A stretch of DNA of 64,000 nt from Mobula hypostoma (lineage: Eukaryota), in contig NC_086108.1 in NCBI RefSeq assembly GCF_963921235.1, forward strand, positions 100,380,001 through 100,444,000, in the 5' to 3' direction. Each line of letters starts with the position of its first letter. Within the stretch, counting starts at the first letter, position 1. The notes under the pieces are model-generated. The model searched no databases. It saw only the letters and a list, made by a program, of their open reading frames with translations, and was not told where the DNA came from. Shown piece by piece: positions 36,504 through 50,227 of this stretch. A program made the translations under genes and the position numbers.

Positions 36504-39500
36504 ATAGAATAGTACAGCACAGTACAGGCCCTTCGGTCGACAATGTTGTGCTGACCCTCAAACCCTGCCTCCCATATAAGCCCCCACCTTAAATTCCTCC
36601 ATATACCTGTCTAGTAGTCTCTTAAACTTCACTAGTGTATCTGCCTCCACCACGGACTCAGGCAGTGCATTCCACGCACCAACCACTCTCTGAGTAAAAA
36701 ACCTTCCTCCAATATCCCCTTGAACTTCCCACCCCTTACCTTAAAGCCATGTCCTCTTGTATTGAGCAGTAGTGCCCTGGGGAAGAGGTGCTGGCTATCC
36801 ACTCTATCTATTCCTCTTATTATCTTGTACACCTCTATCATGTCTCCTCTCATCCTCCTTCTCTCCAAAGAGTAAAGCCCTAGCTCCCTTAATCTCTGAT
36901 CATAATGCATACTTTCTAAACCCGGCATCATCCTGGTAAATCTCCTCTGTACCCTTTCCAATGCTTCCACATCCGTCCTATAGTGAGACAACCAGAACTG
37001 GACACAGTACTCCAAGTGTGGCCTAACCAGAGTTTTATAGAGCTGCATCATTACATCACGACTCTTAAACTCTATCCCTCAACTTACGAAAGCTAACACC
37101 CTGTAAGCTTTCTTAACTACCCTATCCACCTATGAGGCAACTTTCAGGGATCTGTGGACATGTACCCCGAGATCCCTCTGCTCCTCCACACTACCAAGTA
37201 TCCTGCCATTTACTTTGTACTCTGCCTTGGAGTTTGTCCTTCCAAAGTGTACCACCTCATACTTCAAACAACGGTAATTCTGCAGATGCTGGAAATTCAA
37301 GCAACACACATAAAAGTTGCTGGTGAACGCAGCAGGCCAGGCAGCATCTCTAGGAAGAGGTGCAGTCGACGTTTCAGGCCGAGACCCTTCGTCAGGAGTA
37401 ACTGAAGGAAGAGTGAGTAAGGGAAGGAAGAGTGAGAAAGTTGGAGGGGGAGGGATGGAGCCAAGAGCTGGACAGGTGATAGGCAAAAGGGATATGAGAG
37501 GATCATGGGACAGGAGGTCCGGGAAGAAAGACAAGGAGGTGGGGGGGGGGGACCCAGAGGATGGGCAAGGGGTATATTCGGAGGGACAGAGAGAGAAAAA
37601 GGAGAGAGAGAAAGAATGTGTGTATAAAAATAAGTAACAGATGGGGTACGAGGGGGAGGTGGGGCATTAGCGGAAGTTAGAGAAGTCAATGTTCATGCCA
37701 TCAGGTTGGAGGCTACCCAGACGGAATACAAGGTGTTGTTCCTCCAACCTGAGTGTGGCTTCATCTTTACAGTAGAGGAGGCTGTGGACAGACATGTCAG
37801 AATGGGAATGGGATGTGGAATTAAAATGTGTGGCCACTGGGAGATCCTGCTTTCTCTGGCGGACAGAGCGTAGATGTTCAGCAAAGCGGTCTCCCAGTCT
37901 GTGTCAGGTCTCGCCAATACGTAGATGTTCAGCAAAGCGGTCTCCCAGTCTGCGTCGGGTCTCGCAATAGGTCCAACCTCACTCCTTCGGAACGCTCTGC
38001 TCTCCACTCCCTCCGCACTAATCCTAACCTTATTATTAAACCGCCGATAAGGGGGTGCTGTTGTAGTCTGGCGTACTGACTTCTACCTTGCCGAGGCACA
38101 GCGACAACTCGCGGATACCTTCTCTTATTTACCTCCTCGATCGTGACCCCACTAAGGAGCACCAGGCCATTGTCTCCCACACCATCACCAACTTTATCCG
38201 CTCAGGGGATCTCCCATCCACTGCTACCAACCGTATAGTTCCCACACCTCGCACTTCCCGTTTCTACCTCCTACCCAAGATCCACAAACCTGCCTGTCCT
38301 GGCCGACCTATTGTCTCAGCTTGCTCCTGCCCCACCAAACTTGTTTCTGCATACCTCGACACGGTTTTATCCCCCACTTGTTCAATCCCTTCCGATCTAT
38401 GTTCGTGACACTTCTCACGCTCTTAAACTTTTCGATGATTTTAAGTTCCCTGGCCCCCACTGCTTTATTTTCACCATGGATGTCCAGTCCCTATATACTT
38501 CCATCCCCCATCAGGAAGGTCTCAAAGCTCTACGCTTCTTTTTGGATTCCAGACCTAATCAGTTCCCTTCTACCACCACTCTGCTCCATCTAGCGGAATT
38601 AGTCCTTACTCTTAATAATTTCTCCTTTGGCTCCTCCCACTTCCTCCAAACTAAAGGCGTAGCTATGGGCACCCGTATGGGTCCTAGCTATGCCTGACTT
38701 TTTGTTGGCTTTGTGGAACAATCTATGTTCCGTGCCTATTCTGGTATCTGCCCCCCACTTTTCCTTTGCTACATCGACGACTGCATTGGCGCTGCTTCCT
38801 GCACGCATGCTGAGCTCGTTGACTTTATTAACTTTGCCTCCAACTTTCACCCTGCCCTCAAGTTTACCTGGTCCATTTCCGACACGGCCCTCCCCTTTCT
38901 AGATCTTTCTGTCTCTGGAGACAGCTTATCCACTGATGTCTACTATAAGTCTACTGACTCTCACAGCTATCTGGACTATTCTTCTTCTCACCCTGTCTCT
39001 TGCAAAAATGCCATCCCCTTCTCGCAATTCCTCCGTCTCTGCCGCATCTGCTCTCAGGATGAGGCTTTTCATTCTAGGACGAGGGAGATGTCTTCCTTTT
39101 TTAAAGAAAGGGGCTTCCCTTCCTCCACTATCAACTCTGCTCTTAAACGCATCTCCCCCATTTCACGTACATCTGTTCTCACTCCATCCTCCCGCCACCC
39201 CACTGGGGATAGGGTTGCCCTGGTCCTCACCTACCACCCCACCAGCCTCCGGGTCCAACATATTATTATCCGTAACTTCCGCCACCTCCAACGGGATCCC
39301 ACCACTAAACACATCTTTCCCTCCCCCCCCTCGGCATTCCGCAGGGATTGCTCCCTACGCAACTCCCTTGCCCATTCGTCCCCCCCCCCCATCCCTCCCC
39401 ACTGATCTCCCTCCTGGCACATATCCATGTAAGCGGAACAAGTGCTACACATGCCCTTACACTTCCTCCCTTACCACCATTCAGGGCCCCAAACAGTCCT

Positions 39501-41563
39501 TCCAGGTGAGGCAACACTTCACCTGTGAGTCGGCTGGGGTGATATACTGCGTCTGGTGCTCCTGATGTGGCCTTTTATATATTGGCGAGACCTGACGCGG
39601 ACTGGGAGACCGCTTTGCTGAGCATCTACGCTCTGTCCGCCAGAGAAAGCAGGATCTCCCAGTGGCCCCACATTTTAATTCCACATCCCATTCCCATTCT
39701 GACACGTCTATCCACGGCCTCCTCTACTGTAAAGATGAAGCCACACTCAGGTTGGAGGAACAACACCTTATATTCCGTCTGGGTAGCCTCCAACCTGATG
39801 GCATGAACATCGACTTCTCTAACTTCCGCTAATGCCCCACCTCCCCCTCGTACCCCATCTGTTACTTATTTTTATACACACATTCTTTCTCTCACTCTCC
39901 TTTTTCTCCCTCTGTCCCTCTGAATATACCCCTTGCCCATCCTCTGGGTGTCCCCCCCACCTCCTTGTCTTTCTTGCCGGACCTCCTGTCCCATGATCCT
40001 CTCGTATCCCTTTTGCCTATCACCTGTCCAGCTCTTGGCTCCATCCCTCCCCCTCCTGTCTTCTCCTATCATTTTAGATCTCCCCCTCCCCCTCCAACTT
40101 TCAAATCCCTTACTCACTCTTCCTTCAGTTAGTCCTGACGAAGGGTCTCAGCCTGAAACGTTGACTGCACCTCTTCCTAGAGATGCTGCCTGGCCTGCTG
40201 CGTTCACCAGCAACTTTTATGTGTGTCACCTCACACTTCTCCGGGTTGAACTCCATCTGCCACTTCTCAGCCCACTTCTGCATCCTATCAATGTCTCTCT
40301 GCAATCTTTGACAATCCTCTACACTATCTACAACACCACCAACCTTTGTGTATTCTGCAGACTTGCCAACCCACCCTTCTACCCCCACATCCAGGTTGTT
40401 AATAAAAATCACGAAAAGTAGAGGTCCCAGAACAGATCCTTGTGGGACACCGCTAGTCACAATCCTCCAGTCTGAATGTACTCCCTCCACCACCACCCTC
40501 TGCCTTCTGCAGGCAAGCCAATTCTGAATCCACCTGGCCAAACTTCCCTGGATCCCATGCCTTCTAACTTTCTGAATAAGCCTACCGTGTGGAACCTTGT
40601 CAAATGCCTTACTAAAATCCATATAGATCACAGCCACTGCACTGCCCTCATCTATATGCCTGGTCACCTCCTCAAAGAACTCTATCAAGCTTGTTAGACA
40701 CGATCTGCCCTTCACAAAGCCATGCTGACTGTCCCTGATCAGACCATGATTCTCTAAATGCCTATAGATCCTATCTCTAAGAATCTTTTCCAACAGCTTT
40801 CCCACCACAGACTTAAGGCTCACTGGTCTATAATTACCCGGACTATCCCTACTACCTTTTTTGAACAAGGGGACAACATTCGTCTCCCTCCAATCCTCCA
40901 GTACCATTCCCGTGGACAACGAGGACATAAATATCCTAGCCAGAGGCTCAGCAATCTCTTCCCTCGCCTCGTGGAGCAGCGTGGGGAATATTCTGTCAGG
41001 CCCCGGGGACTTATCTGTCCTAATGTATTTTAACAACTCCAAAACCTCCTCTCCCTTAATATCAACATGCTCCAGAACATCAACCTCACTCATATTGTCC
41101 TCACCATCATGAAGTTCCCTCTCATTGGTGAATACCGAAGAGAAGTATTCATTGAGGACCTCGCTCACTTCCACAGCCTCCAGGCACATCTTCCCACCTT
41201 TATCTCTAAATGGTCCTACCTTCACTCCTGTCATCCTTTTTTTCTTCACACAATTGAAGAATGCCTTGGGGTTTTCCTTTACCCTATTCGCCAAGGCCTT
41301 CTCATGCCCCCTTCTTGCTCTCCTCAGCCCCTTAAGCTCCTTTCTTGCTTCCCTATATTCCTTAATAGACCCATCTGATCCTTACTTCCTAAACCTTATG
41401 TATGCTGCCTTCTTCCACCTGACTAGATTTTCCACCTCACTTGTCATCCATGGTTCCTTCACCCTACCATTCTTTATCTTCCTCACCAGGACAAATTTAT
41501 CCCTAACATCCTGCAAGAGATTTCTAAACATCGACCACATGTCCATAGCACATTTCCCTGCAA
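36504..41563 (-). mobile_element. CR1 LINE, 5'-truncated, split by a Penelope element (pieces 36504-37265 and 40240-41563)
   Basis: ORF 40125..41294 has QHGFVKGRSCLT, YMDFSKAFDKVPH and GVPQGSVLGP. ORF 36632..37051 has VRPHLEYCVQFW. The reading frame rejoins across the 13-bp TSD. Confidence 0.95.
37266..40226 (+). mobile_element. Penelope-like element (RT + GIY-YIG) with inverted 3' arm
   Basis: The forward part 37970-40226 has FYLLPKIHK, GRPIVS, MDVQSLYTSIP, GVAMGTRMGPSYA, YIDD and GVIYC..C..C.LLYIGET, with stops and frameshifts. The inverted arm is 37266-37969. TSD CACCTCA(T/C)ACTTC at 37253-37265 and 40227-40239. Confidence 0.95.
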
Positions 41564-41585
41564 AAACTATGACTATGACTATATA

Positions 41586-42405
41586 CAGTGGATTCCGGTT
41601 AATTGTGACACATGACCAGTACATTTCCGCCTAATTAAGCAGCAGCCCCAAATTAGCTGAAGTTTCATGGAAATAATTAAACAGTGTAAAAAAGACAAAC
41701 TACTGTTTAACTGAGTAAAAAATTCTGTATTTAAATGAAATACATAACACTACCAATACTACTACAGTACTAAAAAACTGCACATTATTCCTAATAGTTA
41801 TTGACAGAGGAATTCATTCAGTGCATGCTGCCGTGTTCTTCGATTGACTGTAAATCTGTAAATGAACGAAATCAGAACAGACATCTAGTGCAGTTAATTG
41901 ACTGCTTTTATACAATGCTTTCAACGACTGCATCCTCCAGATCTTCATTTTCATTGTAACATTCCAGATGATTACTAATACCTTCAAATACTTTATAGGT
42001 CCTAACATGTTGAAGTAGTGAAATTATCTCATTATTACTCCTGGCCGTTTCTTGCATCTTCAAGTCTGAATGCTTGAAACCACAGTGAGCAAGGCAGTAC
42101 TGACTTGTCTTACTGCTTATTTCTCACCAACTATCAGTGACAAAAAGTTACTGCTTTTTGAACACAAATACACGCATCTGATGCTATATGAAAACTGTTC
42201 CCTCTAAGCACTGTAAAGTGTCTAATAGCCATACAAGTCCACACGACTGACCCTAGTTAGAAACAGTTTGGCAACAGATTCATGTCCCAAATAAGCAAAG
42301 GGAATTCTGGCAATTTTCTGGGTTAGTTTTTCTTTTTTTTTAATAGTTATCCCAAATACATGGCTGTCCTGATTAACCGATAGCTCAATGAACCAGAATC
42401 TACTG
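41586..42405. mobile_element. Non-autonomous Tigger/pogo-like DNA transposon
   Basis: TA|CAGTGGATTCCGGTTAATTG ... CAATGAACCAGAATCTACTG|TA: imperfect TIRs with TA TSDs. Confidence 0.8.
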
Positions 42406-43959
42406 TAGTTATATATGCTACAGTATACTGCTACTAGCCAACTATTTTCTGTTGCAAATATGAACACCAATTTTTGACACTGGTTTTATTTTAGGGGTAT
42501 CTTATAAACAGCAAAGGGCTCCTGTCGGTCAAAATGACATCACTGGCATTCTGATGTCTTGGAGGAGTCACTTTAATTCTTAATGCAAAGTAATCAAAGG
42601 TCATATCCCCCTCACTGTTTGCAGATAGAAGCCATGCATGTAAAAAAGTTAGCAATGTTTAGAATGTATTTATTTTTACAATAAATCTACATAGTTAGAT
42701 GGGTTTTTACTGCACATTTGAATAAATTTAACCCTTTTATGTTCAGAGTCCAACCTATAAACATCCAACAGTATCTCATATAACATAGAACATAGTAAGA
42801 CAGAACATCACGTGCGTGTGGAATGGGCTGCCGGTGACGGTCTTTAAAGAGAATCCTGGACAAGTACATGGAGCTCAGAAAAATAGAGGACTATGGGTAA
42901 CCGTAGGTAATTTCTAAGGTAAGGACATGTTCGGCACAGCTTTGTGGGCCGAGGTGCGTGTATTGTGCTCTAGGTTTTCTATGTTCTATGTTCTATCACA
43001 GCACAGTACAGGCCCTTCGGTCCACATTGTTTTGCCAAACCTGTATCTACTCTAAAATCAACCTTTTCCTCTTATATAGCCCTCCATTTTTCTATCATCC
43101 ATAAATGTTTCTTAGATGTCCCTTATAAATCTGCCTTGACCACCACCCCAATCACTTAATCTCAAAAACATAAGAGATTCTGAAGATGCTGGAAATCCTG
43201 AGCAACACCCACAAAAATGGTGGAGGAACTCAGCAGCTCAGGCAGCATCTATGGAGAGGAATAACAGTCAGCGTTTCGAGCCGGGACCCTTCATCAGGAC
43301 CCATATTATCTAATAGTATTTATTGATTTGAAGTGGAAAGGAGCTTGTTCAGACTAAATATACTCTCTCCTCTCAATCAGTCCCCAGTTGTCTGCTATTT
43401 ATTACTGTGGCTGTTCTTGAATTGGTGCCACTTGTTGTCAGGGGATAACCAACCATGACCAAAGAGAAAGAAAATTCAACAGCCAATCAGCACATAGAAC
43501 AATCCTTGAATCAGGAATGATCACTTGAGGATTATGCAGATTTCCGTACTGTTTCATACTGAGCAGGTCAGATCTGGGTATCAGGGGTCAGGAGTTTGAA
43601 GAGGAGTGGGGACTGGCTGACAACGGGTGAACTGTGAGCTTTTGGATCAGCTTTATTTGTCACATGTACCTAGAAACATGCAGTGAGATGTGTTGCTTGC
43701 GTCAATGACCAACAGAGTCTAAGGATGTTCTGGGGGCAGCCCGTAAGTGTCGCCATGCTTCCAGCACCAACACAGCATGCCTGCAGTTTATTATCCCTAA
43801 CCTGTACATCCTTGAATTGTTGGAGGAAACCAGAGTACTCAATGGAAACCCATGTGGTCATACAGAGAGCATACAAACTCCTTAAAGAGAGCTTTGAATT
43901 GAACCCTGATCTTCAAATTGCTGAGCAGTAAAGCATTACACTAACATGTCTCCCATAAC

Positions 43960-46130
43960 AAGGATTGGGATCCTGCAGAATGAGTATATGGAGTTAGGTG
44001 AAAAGTTAAAAAGCAGGACCTCAATGGAGGTGACCTCTGGATTACTCCCTGTGTCATGTGCTTGAGAGTCCAGGAATCAGAAGATAGGCCAGCTGAATTA
44101 GTAGTGCAGGAGATAGGAATTCAGCTTCTTGGACCTCTGGGACTAAGACTACTATAGACTCACTTTCGTGAAGTTCAGTTGTTTGCTTGCTTTTGATTTT
44201 TGCACATTTTTTTTTCCTGCTCTTTGGGTGTTTGATGGTCATCTTTTTTTAAATGAGTTCTATTGGGTTTCTTTGGTTTGTGGCTGCCTGTCTCGAGATG
44301 GATCTCAAGGTTGTATGTAGTATACCTACTTTGAAAATAAGTTTACTTTAACTTTGACTTTGATATCTTTTGGTGTAGAGGTGACCTGAACAAGAGGGAT
44401 AGGTTGCACTTGAACTAGCAAGGGACCAATATCTTTACAGGGAAATATGCTAATGCTACACAGATGGGATTGAACGAATTTGGCAGGGGTACGGAGGAAG
44501 GAGCAGATCATCAGATAAAGCAGTAGCCAATGAGAGCAAGTTTAGTAATCAGGATAGCCAGGGGCACAGTCATAGGGATGAATGGAATGCTCAGTTAAAC
44601 TGCATTTATTTCCATGCACAAGGCTGAAAAGGTAAGGTGGATGAACTCAGAGCATGGATTGACTCTCAGGACGGGGATGTTATAACCATGGCAGAGACAA
44701 AGCTGGCAGAAGGCAAGAGTGGCGGATCAATTTTCTAGGATACAGATGCTACAGGTAAGACAGGGGTACTGGTAAGTGAAAGAAAAGAAAGAAAGATTAT
44801 CTTTATTTGTCATGTTCATATGTAATATAGTGAAATGCATCATTTGCATCAACGACCAAAGCAATCGAGGATGTGCTGGGGGAAGCTCATAAGTGTCCCC
44901 CTGCATCTAGCACAAACATAGTATAGCCACAGCTTATTAACCCTGGTCTATATATCTTTGGAATATGGGATGAAACCAGAGCACCCAGAGGAAACCCATG
45001 CGGTTTCTGGGAGAACGTACAAACTCCTTACAGACAGTGGAAGGAATGTACCTTAATCGCTGATTGCTGGTGCAGTAAAGCATTGTGCTAACCACAATGT
45101 TGAGGGCATGTTACCTTTTGTAGCAGGGGTGACGTAACAGCAAAACTTAGTGATGATATTCTTGGAGCCCATGTGGGTAGACATTAGAAACAAGAAGAGA
45201 GGGGTCACTCTTGTCAGTGGGAACTTAAGGAGCAGGTGCAAAGAGAAATGCAAAACTTATAGGGTTGTATTAGTGAGAGATTTTAAATAGTGAGGCACAC
45301 AGGGTACGACATATGTCCAGAAAAGATTCCTGAGTGAATATATAGAGTGCCGTGATTGGGAGGGTATGATACTGGACCTCTCATAAGGGAACAAGGCAGG
45401 GCAAGTAACCGAAATGGCAGCCAGGGAGCACTTTGGTTCTAGTGATCTTAATACTATTAGTTTTAAGATAGTGATAGAAATGAAAAGGACAGTCTGCAGG
45501 TTAGGACCTTAAGCTGGGCTAATTTTGGGAGAATTATGTCCAAAGTTCTAAATTGAAAGTAAATTTATTATCCAAGTACGGATATGCTACCATATAGTTC
45601 CTTGAAATTGGTTTTCTTGCAGGCATTTACAGGAAAAATAAATTGGAATTTATGAAGAACGATAGACAGATATAGCAGTGTTGATTGGCAGAGCCTATTT
45701 GAAAGGAATAAATGAGTATATCAAGATGCCAGGAGCAGCATGTTCCTCTTGGGTTGCAGTATAAACCTGGCCAGTTAGGGAACCGTGGCTGGGGAGAAAT
45801 TTTAAGGCTCTGGTTGAGAAAAAGAAGGAATCCTACTCTGTGTTTAGGAAATTAGGGACGAGTGAATCCCTTGACGACTATAAAAAGATTAAGAATACTC
45901 TTAAGAGGGAAATTAGAAAAGCAAAGAAAGAGTATGAGATGAATCTGGCAGATAAGATTAAGGAAAATTCCAGGAAGTTCTATAACTATTAAGCATGAAA
46001 GAGTAGCCAGGAGGAGAGTGGGTCCTTTTGGAGATCAGCAGGGCCACCTATGCCTTAAGCCACAAGAAATGGGTAAGATTTTTAACAAATATTTTCCTAC
46101 AGAATTTACTAAAGTGGTTGCTCAAGAGAT
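43960..46130 (+). mobile_element. Highly degraded CR1 (ORF1 end, endonuclease and linker) with nested SINE/LINE fragments
   Basis: Remnants resembling KVDELRAWI, REHFGSSDLNTISF, KREIRKAKKEYE and KIKENSRKFY are scattered among insertions. Confidence 0.6.
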
Positions 46131-47810
46131 AGAGAAATAAAGGAATTGAATATTGACATGTGCTATATAGTGAGCTGAACCTAAAGTGTACATGGAAAGC
46201 ATGTCTTTGGAATTGAAAGCTGTGAAACAATTTTATTTAACCTCATTATTGGGAGCTGCTTTGCCTATACAATTAGCTAAAGTTGCTAATTTAAACTTAT
46301 ACCCTGTGATTAAGCATTCTTTACAAACTTGGCTTCAGTTCCACAATTTTTTCAATCTTAAAAAATTTAAGCTTTGTGGTTTAATTTATCGAAACTACTT
46401 TTTTAAGCCTTCTTTGAGTGATCCAATTTTTTTACTTTGGAAAAATAAAGGTATTAATTCTTTTTTGGATTTATTTGAAGAAGCTAGACTGATAATCTTT
46501 TGAGCAATTAGTTGATAAATATTCTCTTTCATACTCACACTTTTTACAATATCTCCAACTTAGACATTTCTTACAAAAATACTTAAGTAATTTTCCTTGC
46601 GTATTGGATGCTGACCTGTTAGATACTGTTATGAGTATGAACCCTTCAATGAAGGAATCCATTGGAAGAATTTATAATTTACTTTTACAATGGGATACGC
46701 GTCCTTTATTTAAGATTAAACAAGATTGGGAAAAGGAACTCAATTTGACTTTTACGATGGAAGATTGGATGCGGATTCTGAAGCTGGTTTACTCTTCTTT
46801 GATCTGTGCTAGTCATTCACTGATTCAATTTTAAATTGTACATCATTACCATTTGACGAAGGAGAGATTGTCTAAAATATTCCCTAATGTTGATAGTTAT
46901 TGTGATACATGTAAAACTGAGACAGCTATACTGACATGCATGTTTTGGTCTTGCTCTATACTAGAACAGTTCTGGAAGTCAGTTTTTGCGACAATTTCTA
47001 AAGCACTTAAAATTAATTTACAACCTAACAAATTAACTGTGCTTTTTGGAATAATTCCTCAAAGTATCCATGGTATTTCTGTGTCTGACCAACATGTTAT
47101 TGCATTTGTTACATTGATAGCTAGGAGGGCCATTTTGTTGAAGCGGAAGGATACAGCGGCTCCTACTTTGTCACAATGGTTCTCTCAAGTGATGCTATGT
47201 CTTAGTTTGGAGAAAATTAGAAATCGAACCTTTGAACCTATGCTTGATTTTGAGAAAATCAATTTTGCTCATTATTATCATTTGGGTTAATCAATGGATT
47301 CTCCATGATCTAATTGTAAATTTTTTGGTAGTTTTTTTTGCTGGCGGTTTGATGTTTATCTTTAAACACAAAATCCTCTGCAGATGCTGGGGTCAAAGCA
47401 ACACTCAGAACCACTGGAGGAACTCAGCAGGTCGGGCAGCATCCGTGGAAATGATCGGTTGACGTTTTGGTCCAGAACGAAAATCCTGACAAAGGGTTCC
47501 GGCCTGAAACGTCCACCGATCTTTTCCACAGGTGCTGCCCGACCTGCTGAGTACCTCCAGCGGTTGTGAGTGTTGATGTTTATCTTTTGAAACTTTATGT
47601 ATGACGCATGGCTCTGGGGTTGAATACCTAATGGGATTTTTCTCTTTTCCCACCTTTCTTGCTTAGTAGGGGTTTTTTTTCATCACAGAATTTTTTCAAT
47701 CTTTATAAAATTTTTTTTTCTTGAGACATTGTAAGTGTTGTTTACTTCGATGTACTCGTGTTTATTTTGGAAAAAATAATAAAAAAATTTGAAAAGAATA
47801 AGAAGGAAAG
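46130..47810 (+). mobile_element. L1/Tx1-type LINE 3' part
   Basis: AT-rich ORF2 C-terminus WKNKGI...WEKEL...RLSKIFP...CDTC...MFWSC (degenerate CCHC knuckle), ending in an A-rich tail at ~47771-47810. Confidence 0.85.
47364..47573. mobile_element. Penelope-derived fold-back mini-element (second subfamily) in the L1 3' UTR
   Basis: Inverted arms with a degenerate hammerhead core. Exact 14-bp TSD TGATGTTTATCTTT at 47350-47363 and 47574-47587. Confidence 0.88.
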
Positions 47811-47939
47811 CATGTCAAATACATGGATTAGTTACAACTTGGCTGAATACAATGTTTTTGTCAATTTAGCCTGTCTGTCTGGTAGAGGGAGTTTATATTG
47901 ATATCCAAGATTTTATAATGTGTATATGTGAAGGTAATC

Positions 47940-48085
47940 TTGTGTGTGTGTGTGTGTGTGTGTGTACGCGTTCATATGTAAACGTGCATGCGTGAGAGTG
48001 TGTGCTTGTGACTGCATATGTGTGAGAACTTTTTAGTGTGAGCACATCTGTGTGTTTGTGTGTGAATGCATGCGTGTGTGTGGGT
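47940..48085. repeat. (TG)n microsatellite, degenerate
   Basis: A TG dinucleotide run followed by an interrupted TG-rich tract. Confidence 0.85.
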
Positions 48086-50227
48086 TGGGGTGTGAGAGGG
48101 GGGAAGCTCGTGTGTTCTCGTCCAAACTCCTGCACTGCCACTCGACTATTGTCCTAGTTCAATCTGCATGACAACACTTGCGGGCTGCCCCCAGCACAAT
48201 CATGGTATTGGTTGTTGATGCTGTCCAAGTTGCATGCCATCTTGGACAATGTCTCCCATCCACTACATAATGTACTGGGTGGGCACAGGAGTACATTCAG
48301 CCAGAGACTCATTCCACCGAGATGCAACACAGAGCGTCATAGGAAGTCATTCCTGCCTGTGGCCATCAAACTTTACAACTCCTCCCTTAGAGGGTCAGAC
48401 ATCCTGAGCCAATAGACTGGTCCTGGACTTATTTCCTGGCATAATTTACATATTACTATTTAACTATTTATGGTTTTATTACTATTTATTATTTATGGTG
48501 CAACTGTAACGAAAACCAATTTCCCCCGGGATCAATAAAGTATGACTATGACTATGATGCAGAACAACACATATCACTGTATGCTTTGATGTTTCAATGT
48601 GCGCATGACAAATAAATTGAATCTAATCAGTTGCTGCAGTTTGCACCAGCTTCCTGAGCCATTGCCCAGTTGCTCTTTTGTCTGCTGAAAGATTGAAAGT
48701 TGTTATATCATAGTCGAGCCCAAACCTTTCAAAACACAACCACCAGCAGAGGAAATTATGACTTACCTTTACTTGGGTCACTGAAGCCAATTACAGCATC
48801 TTTCAGCTCCAATAAACCAACTCCAGTTTTGACCCTGTTCGTCATGTTTTAATTCCAGGTCATAAAGTTCAAAGCCAGAAAAGGGATGGAGAGGTCAAAA
48901 TATTTGTGGACCTACCCACCAGATACTTCATTGTCCTTTCTCCAGCATCACATTGACTGAGTAGATATTTGAAATTTGTTGTTGGTTGACTGGACCTCAT
49001 TGCCATGACCCAGAGGGCCTGTAGATAATGTTCTCCAGGTCTGAAGCTCAGAACTCAACTGTCACTGAATCAACTGCGATATTCCCTCTGCACCTAACCT
49101 CTCTGCTCCTCTCAGAGTCCCCAGCTTTACCAGGTTTTACTCTTAGGCCGCCTTCCCACGACAACCATGATAACTAACCACATTAATCCCACTCTACCCC
49201 TCTGTGCTTTTCCTATCCAAATCCCTGTCCAAATGCCTTTTAAATTTACCAAAGGTGTTCACATCCACACTAACTACCATCCATTCACTCTGGTCTTAGT
49301 CATCAGTAACATGATGGACAGTGTCATTAACTGTCCCATCAGCCATTTCATCAATGACCTTCTCTACAGCACAACGACACTAATAACTCCACAATTCTCA
49401 ATTCTGCATCTAACTCCTCAGCAAATGAAGCAGCCAACGACTGCCTGTGGAAAGATCTAGACACAGACTAGTACGTTGCAAACAACATTCTCACCATTGA
49501 AGTGCGAAACAATGACTATATCCATGAAGAGCAGGGGTTTCCATCCTTTATTATGCCATGGACTAACACCATTATGCAAGAGTTCCGTGGACCCCAGGGT
49601 GGGAACCCCTGACTAAGAGAAAATTCAACCATCTACCCTTGACATTCAAGCCATTACCATCATCAAGTCCACTACTTCAATACCCTGAGGGCAACCATTG
49701 ACCATTGTTTTCCACAGATATGCCATGGAGAGCATTCTGACTGATTCTGTACTTCTGGTGAGATGGCAACAGGCTTGATTACAGCAACCCCTCTAGGTCA
49801 AACTAATAGTGCAAATGTGTGTATTAAAAGTTTAACTGTGATTACAAGACCCTGACCGACCTACCTACCTATATATATATCTATCTCTATCTCTGTGAAT
49901 GGCAGAAGGAATTCAACTCAGACAAATTCAAAGTGATGCATTTTGGAAAGGTAAACCAGGCCAGCTGGTTGAGGTGAGTATAATTATGGTATTTTAAAGA
50001 ACATTTGAAAAAGTGCATAGAGAGTAAAGGGTTAGAGAAGAGGTTTCCAACCTATTTTATATGCCGTGGAGCATTACCATTAGACTATGGACAAATTGTG
50101 GGAAAATGAGGTTAGCATAGAAAGGCGTCTTGGTCGGCATGGACAATTTATTTTATTTATTTATTATTGAGATTCAACATGGAATAGGCTCTTTGGCCCT
50201 TTGAGCCATGTCGCCATGTAGTGGGAT

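Noticed and set aside
40125..41294. Functional reverse transcriptase gene
   Set aside because: The catalytic FADD is mutated to SAEY, the element is 5'-truncated, and it is split by a Penelope insertion.
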